From the NCBI GenBank assembly GCA_023205875.1, contig CP060755.1:496001-560000 (forward strand): a DNA stretch of 64,000 nt, written 5' to 3'. Positions 21,171 through 32,872 of this stretch are shown in pieces. The notes beneath the pieces are model-generated. The model was not told the DNA's origin, made no database searches, and saw only the letters and a list, made by a program, of their open reading frames with translations. Numbering within the stretch: position 1 is the stretch's first letter; each line of letters begins with the position of its first letter. The DNA is from Chloropicon primus. Taxonomy: Eukaryota. Made by a program: the position numbers and the translations under genes.

Positions 21171-23811
21171 ATGGAGACGATGGAGGCGTCCAGGATGGAG
21201 GAGAGCACGAGCGGATCGAACGGCGCGGCTCTGGGAAAGGAGGCGGAGGACCTCGACCACATCGAGACGAAGAACTTCAGCGCGACCGAGTACCTGAACA
21301 AGCTCTTTCCGAACGAGGAGTCCCTCTCGGGGCTGCCAGAGTTCCTGGTGAAGCTGAGGCGTCGCATTCGGAAGGTGAATGACGAGATACTGGTGGCGGT
21401 GCGGCAGCAGAGCCAGACGGGGAGCCGGGCCAAGGAGGACCTGGCCCAAGCCCAGAACGGCATTGAGGACTTGTCGGGTAGGATTACGGAGATCAAGGTC
21501 AAGGCCGAGCAGAGCGAGACCAAGGTCCAGGAGATTTGCAGGGACATCAAGAAGCTCGATTATGCGAAGAGGCACCTGACGAACACCATAACCGCCTTCA
21601 GGAGGCTCTCGATGCTCATGTCCGCCATTCAGAACCTGCAGGAGGTCTCGGACAAGAGGGACTACAGGGAGACCGCCAACCTCATGGAGGCCGTGAACCA
21701 GCTCGCTTCCCACTTCGAGTCCTTCAGCCAAATCCCCAAGGTGTGCGAGCTGAGGGGCCAGCTGAGCGCGATCAAGTCGGGCCTCCGGGCGACGATCTTC
21801 GACGACTTTATTTATGCGACGGCCAAGGAGGAGATCCCGCCGGAGACGTTGGAGAAGCTCACCCACGCTTGCAGGGTCGTGGAGGCCATCGACTTGCACG
21901 TGAAGGACGAGCTCGTCAGCAGGATATGCAACAAGGAGATGAGCGCGTACCAGCAAATATTCTCTACGAACGAGGCGCCGTCGACCAAGCTCGAGAAAAC
22001 GGACAGGAGGTACACATGGATGAAGAAGCTGCTGACGAGGAAGCAGCCGTTTTGGGACGTCTTCCCCAAGTCCTGGGAGGTCTCGTCGCTGCTGTGCACC
22101 AGCTTCTGCAAGATCACCAAGGCCCACTTGTCGGAGACCCTGGACTCGATGAGGGACAACCCCGACGTGGCGAATCTGCTCAAGGCCTTGCACTGGACCT
22201 TGGACTTCGAGAAGGAGCTGAACCTCATGGCGGGGGGAGGGGAAATCTCCTTGTACGAGGTGGTGGACGACGGCAACGAGGACGGGGAGAACGAAGCCGC
22301 GGACGAGGCCGAGCTCACGGAGGCGGAGATCATCAAGAGGAAGTACATGGCTGCCAGGAAGGAGAGAGAGGAGGGGGGGAGTGGCCAGAGCGAGCCTGGT
22401 GCCTCCCAAGCGCAGAAGGAGGGCGCGTTCACCGGGAGCATCTCGTCCTGCTTCGAGCAGCACTTGAAGTGCTACGTGGAGCTGGAAGAGAAGTCTTTGA
22501 TGGAGACCATCGATAACTTGGTGAATGCGGAGACGTGGGAAGCGGAGGGGGGAGAAAACAATGTGATCTCAAGCAGTGTCCAGGTTTTCTTGCACATCAA
22601 GAAGAGCCTCAAGAGGTGCAGCCTGCTGACCAAAGGGGAGACGCTGTTCAACCTTTCGTCCAGCTTCAAGCGAGTCCTGCAAGCGTACAGCGAGAGGCTC
22701 ATCTCTAGACTGCCGAGGAACACTTCAAACAAGTCCATGAATTCCATGGCGACGACCGTGTCCTCGGACTGGCACGTCAAGTTCGACGACAAGGAAGAGA
22801 AGGTGGTGTGCTTAATCATCAACACTGCCGAGTACTGCTACGAGACCGTGGACTCCCTGGGCCAGTCCATTGCAAAGATACTGGACAAGCCGTTCAGCAA
22901 CCAGATCGACATGTCTGAGGTGGAGGACGACTACTCTGGCGTCATCACGACCGCGTTGTCGACCCTAGTCCTTGGATTGGAGACGCGAGTGGACCAAGCA
23001 CTCGCGGATATGGCGAGAGTGAATTGGGCAGCCCTCGACCTGGTGGGTGACCAGTCCGAATACGTGAACGTGTTCAGCTCGGTGCTGGCGGACAGCATCC
23101 CAAGGCTTGGAGCCCTGCTTGACCAGAACAACTTCAGGTTCATGTGCGACAAGTTCACCGCTTCGTTTATCCCGAGGTACCGGAGTACAATATTCAAGCT
23201 GAAGATGCTGTCCGATTCGGGGACGCAGCAGCTGCTTCTTGACGCGCAGGCCATAAGGACCTTGCTTCTGGATCTCCCCTCTCTGGGCAACCACGGCCTT
23301 CCACCGAGTTACTCGAGGACCGTGCAGCAGGAGATGTCGAAGGCGGAGAATCTTTTGAAGGTCTTGTTGAGTCCACCGGACGCCATCCTTTCGAACTTCC
23401 TGGCTCTGATGCCGATCACGGCGGCGAAAGAAATGTGAGTTGAACATCGTCTTCTGCTTTTTTCCTTTTTTTGCTTCTACTGACCACTGACCACCTCGTC
23501 ATCATCTCCCGGGTATTCTCTTCTGCAGGCCACAAATTCTGGAGCTCAAGGGCCTCTCGAAGGCCGAGCAGCAAGACGTTCTGAACGAAATGAGCAGGAG
23601 AGGCCTGCTCGATGAGCAAGACACATCTCGCCTCGTCGCCAGCGGCGAGGGCAGCAGAAGGATGCCCGACATCAAGTGGGGCGGCAAGTTCGAAAACTTG
23701 AAGCAGAAGATGAAAGATTCCGCAAAGGGTTCCCAAGCCCTCAAGCTCAAAGAGAGGTTCCAACTCAAGGGAAAGTTCAACGTCAACCTTAACCTCGGCA
23801 ACAGGAATTAA
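21171..23811 (+). CDS. VPS53: GARP/EARP subunit VPS53
   Basis: YLNKLFPNEESL, ICRDIKKLDYAKRHLTNTIT, IINTAEYC, VGDQSEYV, QQLLLD. Intron 23435-23528 (GTGAGT..CTGAC..GCAG) restores QILELKG. Confidence 0.95.
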
Positions 23812-24081
23812 TCTTTCATTCCTTCATTCCTTCATTCATGTATTGCTCTTGATTCCTTGCCCCTCCCTCTCCCTCTCCCTCTCCAGCAGCAAGATTTCAT
23901 CTTGCCTTACGGCGTACAGAAAACAATCGAGGAGGAGGGATGCGGACGTTCCTCCGGAGGGAGGGAGGAACCTTGGCACAGAGACTCTCGTGAGCGGGCG
24001 AAGACACATTGCTTAATTCGGCTCGCTTCGAATTGAAGTGAACTTGTCTCTCTCTCTCTCTCTCTTACTCACTCACTCGGA

Positions 24082-25563
24082 ATGGGAAAGAAGCATTGGG
24101 ACGCCTCGCCTCGCGCGGGGTCGGCCATGAACACCAAGCGGTTGGTGTGGCTATTGCTCGCTGTGTGTGTGTTCATGGTGGGCAAGATCTACGTCAAGTG
24201 GACGTCCTCCACAACGAAGCATGTGATACATAAAGGGAGGGGCGAGGTTCCTGGATTGCAGGAGGCACTGGACGCCATCTACGAGAGGCTCGACACTATG
24301 GACCAGCGAGTGTTTGAGTTGAGCAAGGCCCAAGAGAAGCTACGAACGATGAAGGCTCCAAAGGCGAGGGGGGAGGAAGAGAGGGGGCCTCCGAAGAACA
24401 CGTTCTTCCTTTCTCAGGTCAAGCCTGGAGACATATGCATATTCAAGGCCACCGAGAAGGAAGAGAGTCTTGTGGGCATGCTGGGGGAGAGGAAAGTCTC
24501 TTACTCGAACCACCTGGGCGAAGTCTTCACGTTCACGGACTCAGAGAGCGGCAAGATAGCGTTCCAGCGATCGTCCATCTTGGCGATGATGCGGAGCTAC
24601 AAGAACGGGAGGTTCCAGATGCAAGCGAACAAGAAGGGGAGGATCGTTCCCAAGTGGTACGGGGACATCTGCGAGCACAAGGGCACGATAGAGAGCGCCT
24701 CGGGAGAGAAGAGCTCTTTCTTTGGCCGACCCTGCTCCTCCTGCCTGCCTTGGCTCCTCACGCAGGGCATCAAAGAGTTCAACTTGGTGGGTCTGGAGGA
24801 AGAGGGCCTCTGGCTTGATTTTGGTACGCGAGTCGGAGACACCACGAAGCACCTGTACAAGCTGAGGAAGGACGGTGGAATGATCTACACGTTTGACTCG
24901 TTCCAGGGCTACCCAGAAACGGTGGAGAACACTCCCTTCAAGGAGGGCAAGGGCGCGATGAACGAAGACTCTGTGACCCTGCAGTCTGGTTGGTTCCCGC
25001 AGAAGGAAGGTATCTCGGATTGGGGGAACCTGGGTATACCAGAAACCGTCAAGGTGGTGACGGGGTGGTTCAACGAGTCCTTGCCAGGCTTCATGGAGGA
25101 GCACAAGGGCGAACCCGTGAGGCTCGTCCACATCGATTCTGGCATTTACACCTCAGCAAAGCAGGTGCTCGATGCTCTCTCTCACTACGTGGGTCCAGGA
25201 ACAGTCATCGTTTTCAATGATTACACGTACTGCAGGGACGCCGATGCTTACGTCGCCGACCACCACCCCCGGGCGTTCTTCGAGTTCCTTGCCGACACGG
25301 GTCTGGGAGCCCAAGCCTTGGGCTCCACCAAGTACTCGGGGGCCTGGATCCTGCTGGAGAAGGACGACCTTCCGAATTGGCTTCGGGAGAACAAGGGAGC
25401 GTACAAGGAGAAAGAGGAGTCGAATAATGCAGCAGCAGAGGCGACGGAAGAGAACGCGGCGATGATTGTGTCCGCGGATTCGGAACAAGACTCCGAGCCC
25501 TATAGCGCCTCTGCGGGGGAGGGATTAGACAGAGAGGCGGAGGGAGGAGCGGATGTTGAATGA
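24082..25563 (+). CDS. Type II membrane TylF/MycF-like SAM methyltransferase
   Basis: N-terminal TM and coiled stem; LDFG, FDSFQGYP, GWFNESL, LVHIDSGIY, GTVIVFNDY. Confidence 0.75.
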   Translation: MGKKHWDASPRAGSAMNTKRLVWLLLAVCVFMVGKIYVKWTSSTTKHVIHKGRGEVPGLQEALDAIYERLDTMDQRVFELSKAQEKLRTMKAPKARGEEERGPPKNTFFLSQVKPGDICIFKATEKEESLVGMLGERKVSYSNHLGEVFTFTDSESGKIAFQRSSILAMMRSYKNGRFQMQANKKGRIVPKWYGDICEHKGTIESASGEKSSFFGRPCSSCLPWLLTQGIKEFNLVGLEEEGLWLDFGTRVGDTTKHLYKLRKDGGMIYTFDSFQGYPETVENTPFKEGKGAMNEDSVTLQSGWFPQKEGISDWGNLGIPETVKVVTGWFNESLPGFMEEHKGEPVRLVHIDSGIYTSAKQVLDALSHYVGPGTVIVFNDYTYCRDADAYVADHHPRAFFEFLADTGLGAQALGSTKYSGAWILLEKDDLPNWLRENKGAYKEKEESNNAAAEATEENAAMIVSADSEQDSEPYSASAGEGLDREAEGGADVE

Positions 25564-25634
25564 TTGGTGGGACATTTTGCCAATACAATCTTAATAAATT
25601 TTCTGTGTCTCCAGTTTCATATTGCGCGTCACCT

Positions 25635-26858
25635 CTAGAACGCGAGGGGTCTCTTGGCGAGGAAGGCGTCCACGATCTCGTCCGTCACCATAGCTCTGGC
25701 TTTCTGGTGCCTCTCCACCATGTCTGCAAGAACGTCGATCAAAATGGCCTTGATTTCCCCGGTCAGCATCTGTCCTGACGAGTACTTCTCCCCAATCTCC
25801 TTGAGCTTTTCCTCGTCCTCCATGAAGAAGTTCAGGTACTTCCAAGGAACGTCAACGTCCAAGTTCGCGCCCTTCTCCCTCTGCTCCTCGAGGGTGTCCT
25901 GGCCGCCCGAGAAGGCGTACTTGTTGATCTTGTTCTTGATCATTTTCCTCGTGTCTGTCACGAAAATGCTCGAGTTCGGGTCACTCGCGCTCATTTTGCC
26001 GCTATCCCCCTGGAGGGCTGGGAAGAAGACGCTCTCTATCAGCGCTGGCTTGTGGTAGCCCAGCCTTGGAACAACGTCCCTCGTCATGCGGAAGTAGGGG
26101 TCCTGGTCAATCGCGCAAGGAATCAGGCACCTGACCTTCTTGTTGCTTCCAAAGATGTGAGGGAAGGTGTCTGGCAAGGCCGGAGAGGCCTGAATCGCCG
26201 GGAAGGCCACCTTTCCTATATTGTCCTCCCCCTTGAACCCGAAAATTCCTCTCGCTTGGTTCAAAGTAACGCACCTCTGGATGCTATTGATGTTCTCGTA
26301 GAACTTCCCCCCGACGTACTCAAAGTCAGAGAACATGAACGTCCTGTTGATGTCGAACCCGCAAGCGATGATGTCCTTGGCGTTCTCCCTCGCGAGCCTC
26401 TTCGCCTCCTCGATCCCGAGAGACCGCCACAACACCTTCTCGTCATCCGTCAACTGTATCACGAGAGGCACCTTGAAAGCGTCCTGAAGATATTTCGTGA
26501 ACATGAAAGGAACCAGGTGGCCCAAGTGCAAGGCCTCGCTCGAGGGACCCCTCCCCGTGTAAAGGTAGAAAGGCTCTCCCTTCTCGTGCGCCTGGAGTAT
26601 CTGGTCCAAGTCCCTGTGCGCGAAGAACGTCTTCCTCTTCAAAAAGTGGTGGGCCTTCATGCTCGTCACCCTCTCGATGCGTTCCACTTGCTCGTCGCTT
26701 ATCGCTTGACAACCAAACTTCTTGATCAGCTTCCCGTAATCCACCTTCCCCTTCACGTCCCAAGGGTCCACATCCGTCCCCTCCTCTCCTCCCTCCTCCA
26801 GCTTCAGCCCCTCCACCTCGTCCACCACTTCTTCCGTCTCCTTCGTCGCCATCGCCAT
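25635..26858 (-). CDS. Cytosolic tryptophanyl-tRNA synthetase
   Basis: [38 protein letters not shown]. Confidence 0.97.
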   Translation of the reverse strand: MAMATKETEEVVDEVEGLKLEEGGEEGTDVDPWDVKGKVDYGKLIKKFGCQAISDEQVERIERVTSMKAHHFLKRKTFFAHRDLDQILQAHEKGEPFYLYTGRGPSSEALHLGHLVPFMFTKYLQDAFKVPLVIQLTDDEKVLWRSLGIEEAKRLARENAKDIIACGFDINRTFMFSDFEYVGGKFYENINSIQRCVTLNQARGIFGFKGEDNIGKVAFPAIQASPALPDTFPHIFGSNKKVRCLIPCAIDQDPYFRMTRDVVPRLGYHKPALIESVFFPALQGDSGKMSASDPNSSIFVTDTRKMIKNKINKYAFSGGQDTLEEQREKGANLDVDVPWKYLNFFMEDEEKLKEIGEKYSSGQMLTGEIKAILIDVLADMVERHQKARAMVTDEIVDAFLAKRPLAF

Positions 26859-26933
26859 CTTCCCCCTTTTTTTGACCCTTCGGCCGCCCGCCACGCCGCT
26901 CGACACCAGCCAGAGACCGGCCAAAGGAAGGAC

Positions 26934-27194
26934 GACTGGCGCGCAACCGAGGGAGGAGAGCGAGATACGGACGACGGGATCACAAAGTACGCTTCAAGGG
27001 CTTTCCAGTGGTCCCTTGGTTGACGATTTTGAACTCTTGGAAAGCGGTCTGCTTGCCATCTCATCAGATACAACGGAGAGGCAACGAACCGAGCAAGGGA
27101 CACGAAGGGGAGAGGAGACTGGCGCGCAACCGAGGGAAGGGAGCGAGATACGGACGACGGGGTCTGAGCGTACGTCTCGAGGGCTTTCGGTGGG
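26934..27194. repeat. Imperfect direct repeat, about 78 bp x2 (26934-27011, 27117-27194), period 183 bp
   Basis: GACTGGCGCGCAACCGAGGGA..GAGCGAGATACGGACGACGGG..GTACG..AGGGCTTTC in both copies; each ends in the core upstream element (26990, 27173). Confidence 0.9.
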
Positions 27195-27432
27195 TTACGG
27201 TATTGGGTGGGTTCGACCCTTGAAAGGGCGAGGAGTGCGGAAGAGAGGGGGAGGGATTGCCTAGGGAGGGAGGCTGAGGCTGAGGGAGACCAAGAGGAGG
27301 GAGACTGAGGGGGAGGACGACTCAATAGACCATCGTGCCGCCGTTCCTGTCTCGCCAGGTGGTTTTCGCATTGGTCGAGGTGCTGGACGCGCTGTGAAGA
27401 AGGAGACAAGGTTGTTCGAGGCAGAGGAGCAA

Positions 27433-28905
27433 ATGGCGGGAGAGGGAGGGGGGGTGGGAGGTGGAGGGAAGGGGGAGGTGGAGAGCTTGAACGATGTGGA
27501 GTTGGAGATGCACAGGAAGTGGAACGTGTCGTTCAAGAAAAAGGAGGCCGAGGAGGAGGTGACGGACGAGAGGAGAGCGAAGCATCTCGCGAGACTTGAG
27601 GAGGAGGAAGTGAGGCGGATAGCCCAAGAGGCGTTGAGGAAGCAGGAGGAGAGGGAGAGACTGGAACGGGAGAGGAATGCGACGGCGTCGAACGAGGAGG
27701 GGGAGGAAATGGACGACAGGAAGAAGTATATCTTGCAAGTCCTCGAAGAGATCAAAGGGAAAATCCCAGATCAGTGCAAGGCCGCTTTCACCTCCGAGCT
27801 CGTGCAGTTGAACCTGGAGTACTCGGAACGGGTGAAGGTGACGGTCAAGGCAAGCTTCCCGAAAGGCTTCTCGCCGAGCAACAAGATGGTTCATTGCGAC
27901 GTGGAGAGCAAAAGCCTTCACGAGGACATCGTGGGCAAGCTGCTGGCGGGGCTGCAGCAGCACCTCGAACAAACTTTTGGTGCAGGAAGCGGGAACCAGG
28001 AAGGAGAAAACCCGATAGGCCACATCTACCAGTACTGCGACAAGTTTTTGGGAAAGAATCACTTGCTGACGGCCTACGAGGAGATCCAGAGAATAAAGAA
28101 GGAAATCCTGAAACCTCCTTCCAAAGTCCTTGGACTCGAGAACAAGCAAGGTGTCATCAAGGTCCGCGTGCAAGTCGAGAAGTACTACGTAGACCTCAAG
28201 GTGAAGGTCTTTTGCAAGAACTCGGTCGACTACCCCGATGGAATCATAGAGGTTGGCATCATCGAAACGAACTTGACCAAGGAGCTGGAGAAGAGCTTTC
28301 TTGCGCTCACTGAGGCCAGGATCAGGTTGCACGGGGACGCGCAGGAAGTAGTAGACGCGTCCATGCTGGAAGACAGGCCTCCGGAGAAAGAGGCAAAGTC
28401 GAAAATGAAGAAGAAAGTTCACCCGAGGAAAGTGGTCTTCCAGACAGCGGCGAGCAAAAACACCGAGGCGGAAATGCTACAAAAGCAGGAAGAGAGGGAG
28501 AGGGAGAGGCTGAAAAAACTGTTGGAGGACTCCAATAGGCCAAAGGTGATCGAGCCGAGAATCTTCATCATCGTCGAGTTCGTGTACAAGGAGTTGCTGA
28601 AACCGGTGGTGGAGAGCAAGTGCCCCTGCTGCGACAAGAAAATTCTTCCATCCGATCCAAAGCACTGCGCCAAGATACCCTCGAAAATGAAAGCTGATCG
28701 GTTGTACTGTGGCCACTTTTACCACCACCACTGCCTGACCAACTACTTGAGCAACCCGCCCTTCGACGACGAGTGCCACATCTGCGGAGCCCAGATCAGC
28801 CACCACAAGTTCGTGGACACGAAGCAACAGTTGGAGAAGAGGTGGGCGCAGAAGCAGGCCAGGCAGAGAGAAATTGAGGACTTGGAGGATCTCTTTGGGT
28901 TCTGA
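27433..28905 (+). CDS. RWD-like plus RING-H2 protein, putative E3 ligase
   Basis: FPKGF and DYPD turns; CPCC..CGHFYHHHC..CHIC; charged coiled coils. Start codon inferred. Confidence 0.7.
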   Translation: MAGEGGGVGGGGKGEVESLNDVELEMHRKWNVSFKKKEAEEEVTDERRAKHLARLEEEEVRRIAQEALRKQEERERLERERNATASNEEGEEMDDRKKYILQVLEEIKGKIPDQCKAAFTSELVQLNLEYSERVKVTVKASFPKGFSPSNKMVHCDVESKSLHEDIVGKLLAGLQQHLEQTFGAGSGNQEGENPIGHIYQYCDKFLGKNHLLTAYEEIQRIKKEILKPPSKVLGLENKQGVIKVRVQVEKYYVDLKVKVFCKNSVDYPDGIIEVGIIETNLTKELEKSFLALTEARIRLHGDAQEVVDASMLEDRPPEKEAKSKMKKKVHPRKVVFQTAASKNTEAEMLQKQEERERERLKKLLEDSNRPKVIEPRIFIIVEFVYKELLKPVVESKCPCCDKKILPSDPKHCAKIPSKMKADRLYCGHFYHHHCLTNYLSNPPFDDECHICGAQISHHKFVDTKQQLEKRWAQKQARQREIEDLEDLFGF

Positions 28906-28967
28906 GATCATATAAATATGCATTTTTGACCTGTATTTACAACGTATTTGTACCATTGACCAGTGGA

Positions 28968-29768
28968 TCAGAGGGCAGCGGGCGTGGTGGAGGGTTCCCT
29001 TTTCCCTTCCCCCTTGGCTTCCATTTGCGACACCTTGAAAGTAATTTTCAGGCCTTTCTTCGCATCTGACCCGGAGCCATTCTCTACCTCGGGCTCTTTT
29101 GCTGTGGTCGGACTCTCCGCAGGTTCCTGTGCATCGCTGGACGCCTGGCCGGCCTCTTGGATTGCTTCGAGGGCGATGCTCACCGCCTCGCTCAGCCCCT
29201 TGGTCCTTTTGGAGACCCGCTCTTGGAAGTCTTCGCACATCCAATGATCGAGCTTATCCCGAGGAAGCCACGAGCACTGGTTGTCGTCACCGAAGAAGAC
29301 CACGAAAAGGTCGGTCTTCTTGTGCCTGATCGCTTTGTGCTCTTCACCCGGCGTGGCGAGCTGCGGTACAAGAGAGAGAGAGAGAGAACAAGTGTCGGTA
29401 GATCAGTATGCGCTGCTTTCCACTGCCAGCGGGGGAATGAGCGACTCGATCCGTCTTACCTGCGCAGGCCACCAAGGGAAAGACGGGATCTTGGCCCACA
29501 CCACCTCTCCAGGGAGAAGCGCCCTCAGCGGAACCCTCTTGGCCTTCTTCTCCCTCTCCTTGTCTTTATTTTCCCCCTTTCGCCTCCTCTTCCTCGCCCG
29601 CCCGAAATCCAGGTCCAGGTCCAGGTCCAGGTCCGCACCGTCGTACACCACCGCCTTCCCCGAGTGAGGCACCCTCTGGTTCACCTCATCGTCAGATATT
29701 GTCGCTTCGCTCGCGGTGCTCGCACTCTCGCTCCCCCCCTCCCTCCCATCTACCCTCGCTTCCTCCAT
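28968..29768 (-). CDS. PWWP-domain protein
   Basis: GEVVWAKIPSFPWWPAQ; intron 29459-29361 (GTAAGA..GCAG); then VVFFGDDNQCSW. Confidence 0.88.
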
Positions 29769-29802
29769 CGCGTTTCGCGTCCTCAAATCCTCACCACTGC
29801 TT

Positions 29803-30029
29803 CGTTTCCTTCGATCGAGGACAATTTCGAAAGAGGAACAGACGATATTTCCGCCTTCCCGGTCCTCTCCCTTCCCCGACCCTTTCCCCTCCCGATACCG
29901 CAGCGCTCGTCCTCCACGGCACGCACACGCACAAGCCCTCAAAATGACGCGTCTACTTTCTCTCTGCCAATGCCTCACAACCGCTTCGTTTCCTTCGAGC
30001 GACGGCTCTTTCGAAAGAGCAAGAGACAA
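29803..30029 (-). promoter_or_regulatory. Two 43-bp long-form upstream elements (29803-29845, 29987-30029), 184 bp apart
   Basis: CGTTTCCTTCGATCGAGGACAATTTCGAAAGAGGAACAGACGA and CGTTTCCTTCGAGCGACGGCTCTTTCGAAAGAGCAAGAGACAA. Confidence 0.6.
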
Positions 30030-30151
30030 CGCTTCCGCTTGTTCGGTCCTCCACTTCCTCGCTCCCCCTCCCGCCCGCTCAGACGCTTCGTTTCGCGAAC
30101 TCTCTCTCTCTCTCCCTCGCGCGCGATCGCCAAGCTGTCAGTGGAGCGGCG

Positions 30152-31326
30152 ATGGCGGAGGTGAAGCGAGCGAGGGTGGAGGGTCCGAGGGGGACAGGGC
30201 GGGTGGAGGTGGCCAAGGTCGTGAACATGGTGAAGGATTCTTGCGCCAGAAGGATCACAACTGGTTGTCCCATCTTGGACGAAACCCTCTGCGGTGGATT
30301 GAGGACAAATAGTGTGCACGAAGTCGTGGGAGAGAGCAACTGTGGAAAGACACAGTTCTGCCTGCAACTTCTCCTCACAAGTCAGTGGAACGAGGAACAC
30401 GGTACGAGGCATTGTTCGCATCGAGCGGAAGCGATCCAAATCCTTTATCGCTCACACACACGTACTCTCTCTCTTTCTCTTTCTCTCTCTGTTGTGTCTG
30501 TGTTTCATCATCGCCATCGTCGTCGTCGTCATCATCCATCCATCCTCCCAACGAAACGGCCAAAGGTGGACTTGGGTGCAAGAGCTTGTACATCAACACG
30601 GAGGGAAGCGGAGGCATTACGGCGACGAGGTTGCGGGAGTTTGCTGACTTCCACGCCTCCAAGGGGTTCCTCTGCGGGGGAGGGGAGGACGAGGGGGAGG
30701 GTTTGGGTCCTGCCCAAGCCAGTTTGATGAGTATGGACAATATCTTCATAGAAAGGTGCACGACGGATGATCCAAACTCCCTGCTGGAAGTACTGCTTCG
30801 GGCCAAGACTCTCCTGGAGCACCACAACGTGAAGCTGATCGTGATCGACTCCATCGCCAATGCTTTCAAGGGCATGTCGTCCTCCTCCCTTGACGATGGG
30901 GGCGCCCAAAAGCAACAGCACGAAAGCCAGCGACTCACGCAAGTCCTGTACCGGACGATGAACTTGCTCAAGAGGTACGCGTGCGATTACAATGCGTGCG
31001 TGGTGATCACGAACCACGTGGCTGACCACATCGAAAGGGTCTCCGTGCAGAGGGCCACCCAAGCCCTGACGGAGACCTTGTGCACCTCAGGGAGGATCGT
31101 GAGGGCTTCCCTCGGCATGGGTCTTGCCCAGAGCGTGACCTGCCGGTACTTTGTGTCGAGGCTTGAGGGTGTGAGGCTGAACGAGAACGAGTACGACACA
31201 AGCGGGTGCGTCAGGGCTTTCGAGGTGGTGTTCTCCCCGTTCCAAGCGAAGCGGAAGACAAAGTACATCATCAACCAATCTGGTGTGTGGGGTATTCCAG
31301 ACGCCGTGTACGAGACCGGGCAGTGA
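30152..31326 (+). CDS. XRCC3: RAD51 paralog, XRCC3-like
   Basis: ITTGCPILD, Walker A GESNCGKT; intron 30402-30565 gives EEHGGLGCKSLYINTEG; Walker B LIVIDS; VVFSP. Paralog identity is the less certain part. Confidence 0.75.
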
Positions 31327-31411
31327 GGTCGTCGTCGCCGATGGCACGCCCCTGCGTAGACGAAAAGACTGTACGATTATGCAAATGTGTATGTAATATA
31401 AGTAAAATAAA

Positions 31412-32565
31412 CTAATAACCGCGATGAATATCGACGACGTTGAGGAGGCCCTCGCTTCCTTGCTCCAAGTAGTTGCTCATGTTTTTCACGAACAAGTGAA
31501 TGCTGTTGTCCAACCACCCATCCACTTGGTCAGCGTTGTGCGGGCTGATCAAAACGTTCGGCATCCCCCAGAGCTCCGAATCTTGAGGCAGAGGCTCTGT
31601 CTCGAAGACGTCCAGCCCAGCTCCCATGATCGCCCCGGATTTCAGTGCGCTGCAAAGCGCTCTCTCGTCGACGCACTGCCCTCTGCCAACGTTGATGAAC
31701 ACGGCCGTGCGCTTCATCTTGGACAGGACGCTGGCGTTCACGATGTGCTTCGTGCTGGGAACCAAAGGGGTGGAGCAGACAACGTAGTCGCACTCCTGCA
31801 CCATGAGCTCCAAGTCTGCCGTGCAAAATATCTTGTCCACCGCTTTGTCCCCTCTGGACAACTCAGGGTTCCTCCGCGTGGCCAGGACTCTCATCCCGTA
31901 GGCCTTGGCGAGGACCCCAGTTGCCCGCCCAATGTCGCCAAACCCGATGATCCCCATGGTCTTCCCCGCGAGCTCACCGACTGGAAACTTTTCCCAACGG
32001 GCGCTCGCCTTCTGGTTCAGGAGCCTAGGCGTCTGTAACGCGAAGAACTTGGCGCTGAAGAGAACATACTCGGCCAGGGACCGCGAGTACGTGCCTTTGC
32101 TATTGGTGATCGTGAGGTCTCTGCATGGAGCCGGAACCGACGACGAAGGGTCAGTCAAACACTTGGCGTTGGCACAGGCAACTCGTGTCGTCGTTTGGAG
32201 AGAAGAAGAAGAAAGAAGAAGAAGAACATTTTCTCTTACCTGTCCATGATCTCAGGAATCTTGATGACGTCCAATCCTGCCATGTTCGAGTGAAGCCACT
32301 TGAGCGACGGGAGGGAGTTCTGGGCAAAGACCTCTCGTACCTCTTCCCTCGACACTCCCACACTGTTCAGCAACATGCATTCCACCTCGTCCAAGCTCCC
32401 CTGGGGAAACTTCGTCCCAATGCCCACGACCTCCACATCCTTTGGGAGTTCTTTCAAGTGCCTCAGCTCTGATCGTTCCTTATCGGCCACGACAACGAGC
32501 CTCGCCTTCTGCCTCGTCCCAGACATCGAGAACGACCGCGGCTTCCCCCCTGCCAGAGGAGCCAT
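31412..32565 (-). CDS. D-isomer-specific 2-hydroxyacid dehydrogenase
   Basis: Intron 32239-32121 (GTAAGA..GCAG); GIIGFGDIG, FINVGRG, GLDVFETEPL, ISPHNA. Confidence 0.92.
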
Positions 32566-32872
32566 CGCCAATCCTTATCCAAAAACGAAATCCTAGAGAA
32601 ACGTGAGCCATCCACATCGCATCGCTCCGGAGGGACGGAGAGGGAACCGAGGGAAGCGAGAGGTAAGCGAGAGTGGGCGTGTGGGTAGAGGTTGGGGGGG
32701 TTGGGATTGAAGAATTCGTCGTGTTTGGGGCTTTCCAACGACCTCTCGCTCGAAGGGAACGACGAGGTATTGAGGATTTGAGGACTGATCTCTGATGTTG
32801 GTGTGTCTCTCTCTTTGTGATGATGATAGTGAGTGCGTGAGGAGGGCATTCGGGACGAGATCGAGGGCGAGA

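Noticed and set aside
29803..30029. Heat-shock element explanation for the recurring motif
   Set aside because: The TTC/GAA blocks are not in contiguous alternating nGAAn pentamers, and CGTCTC at fixed spacing is not part of an HSE.
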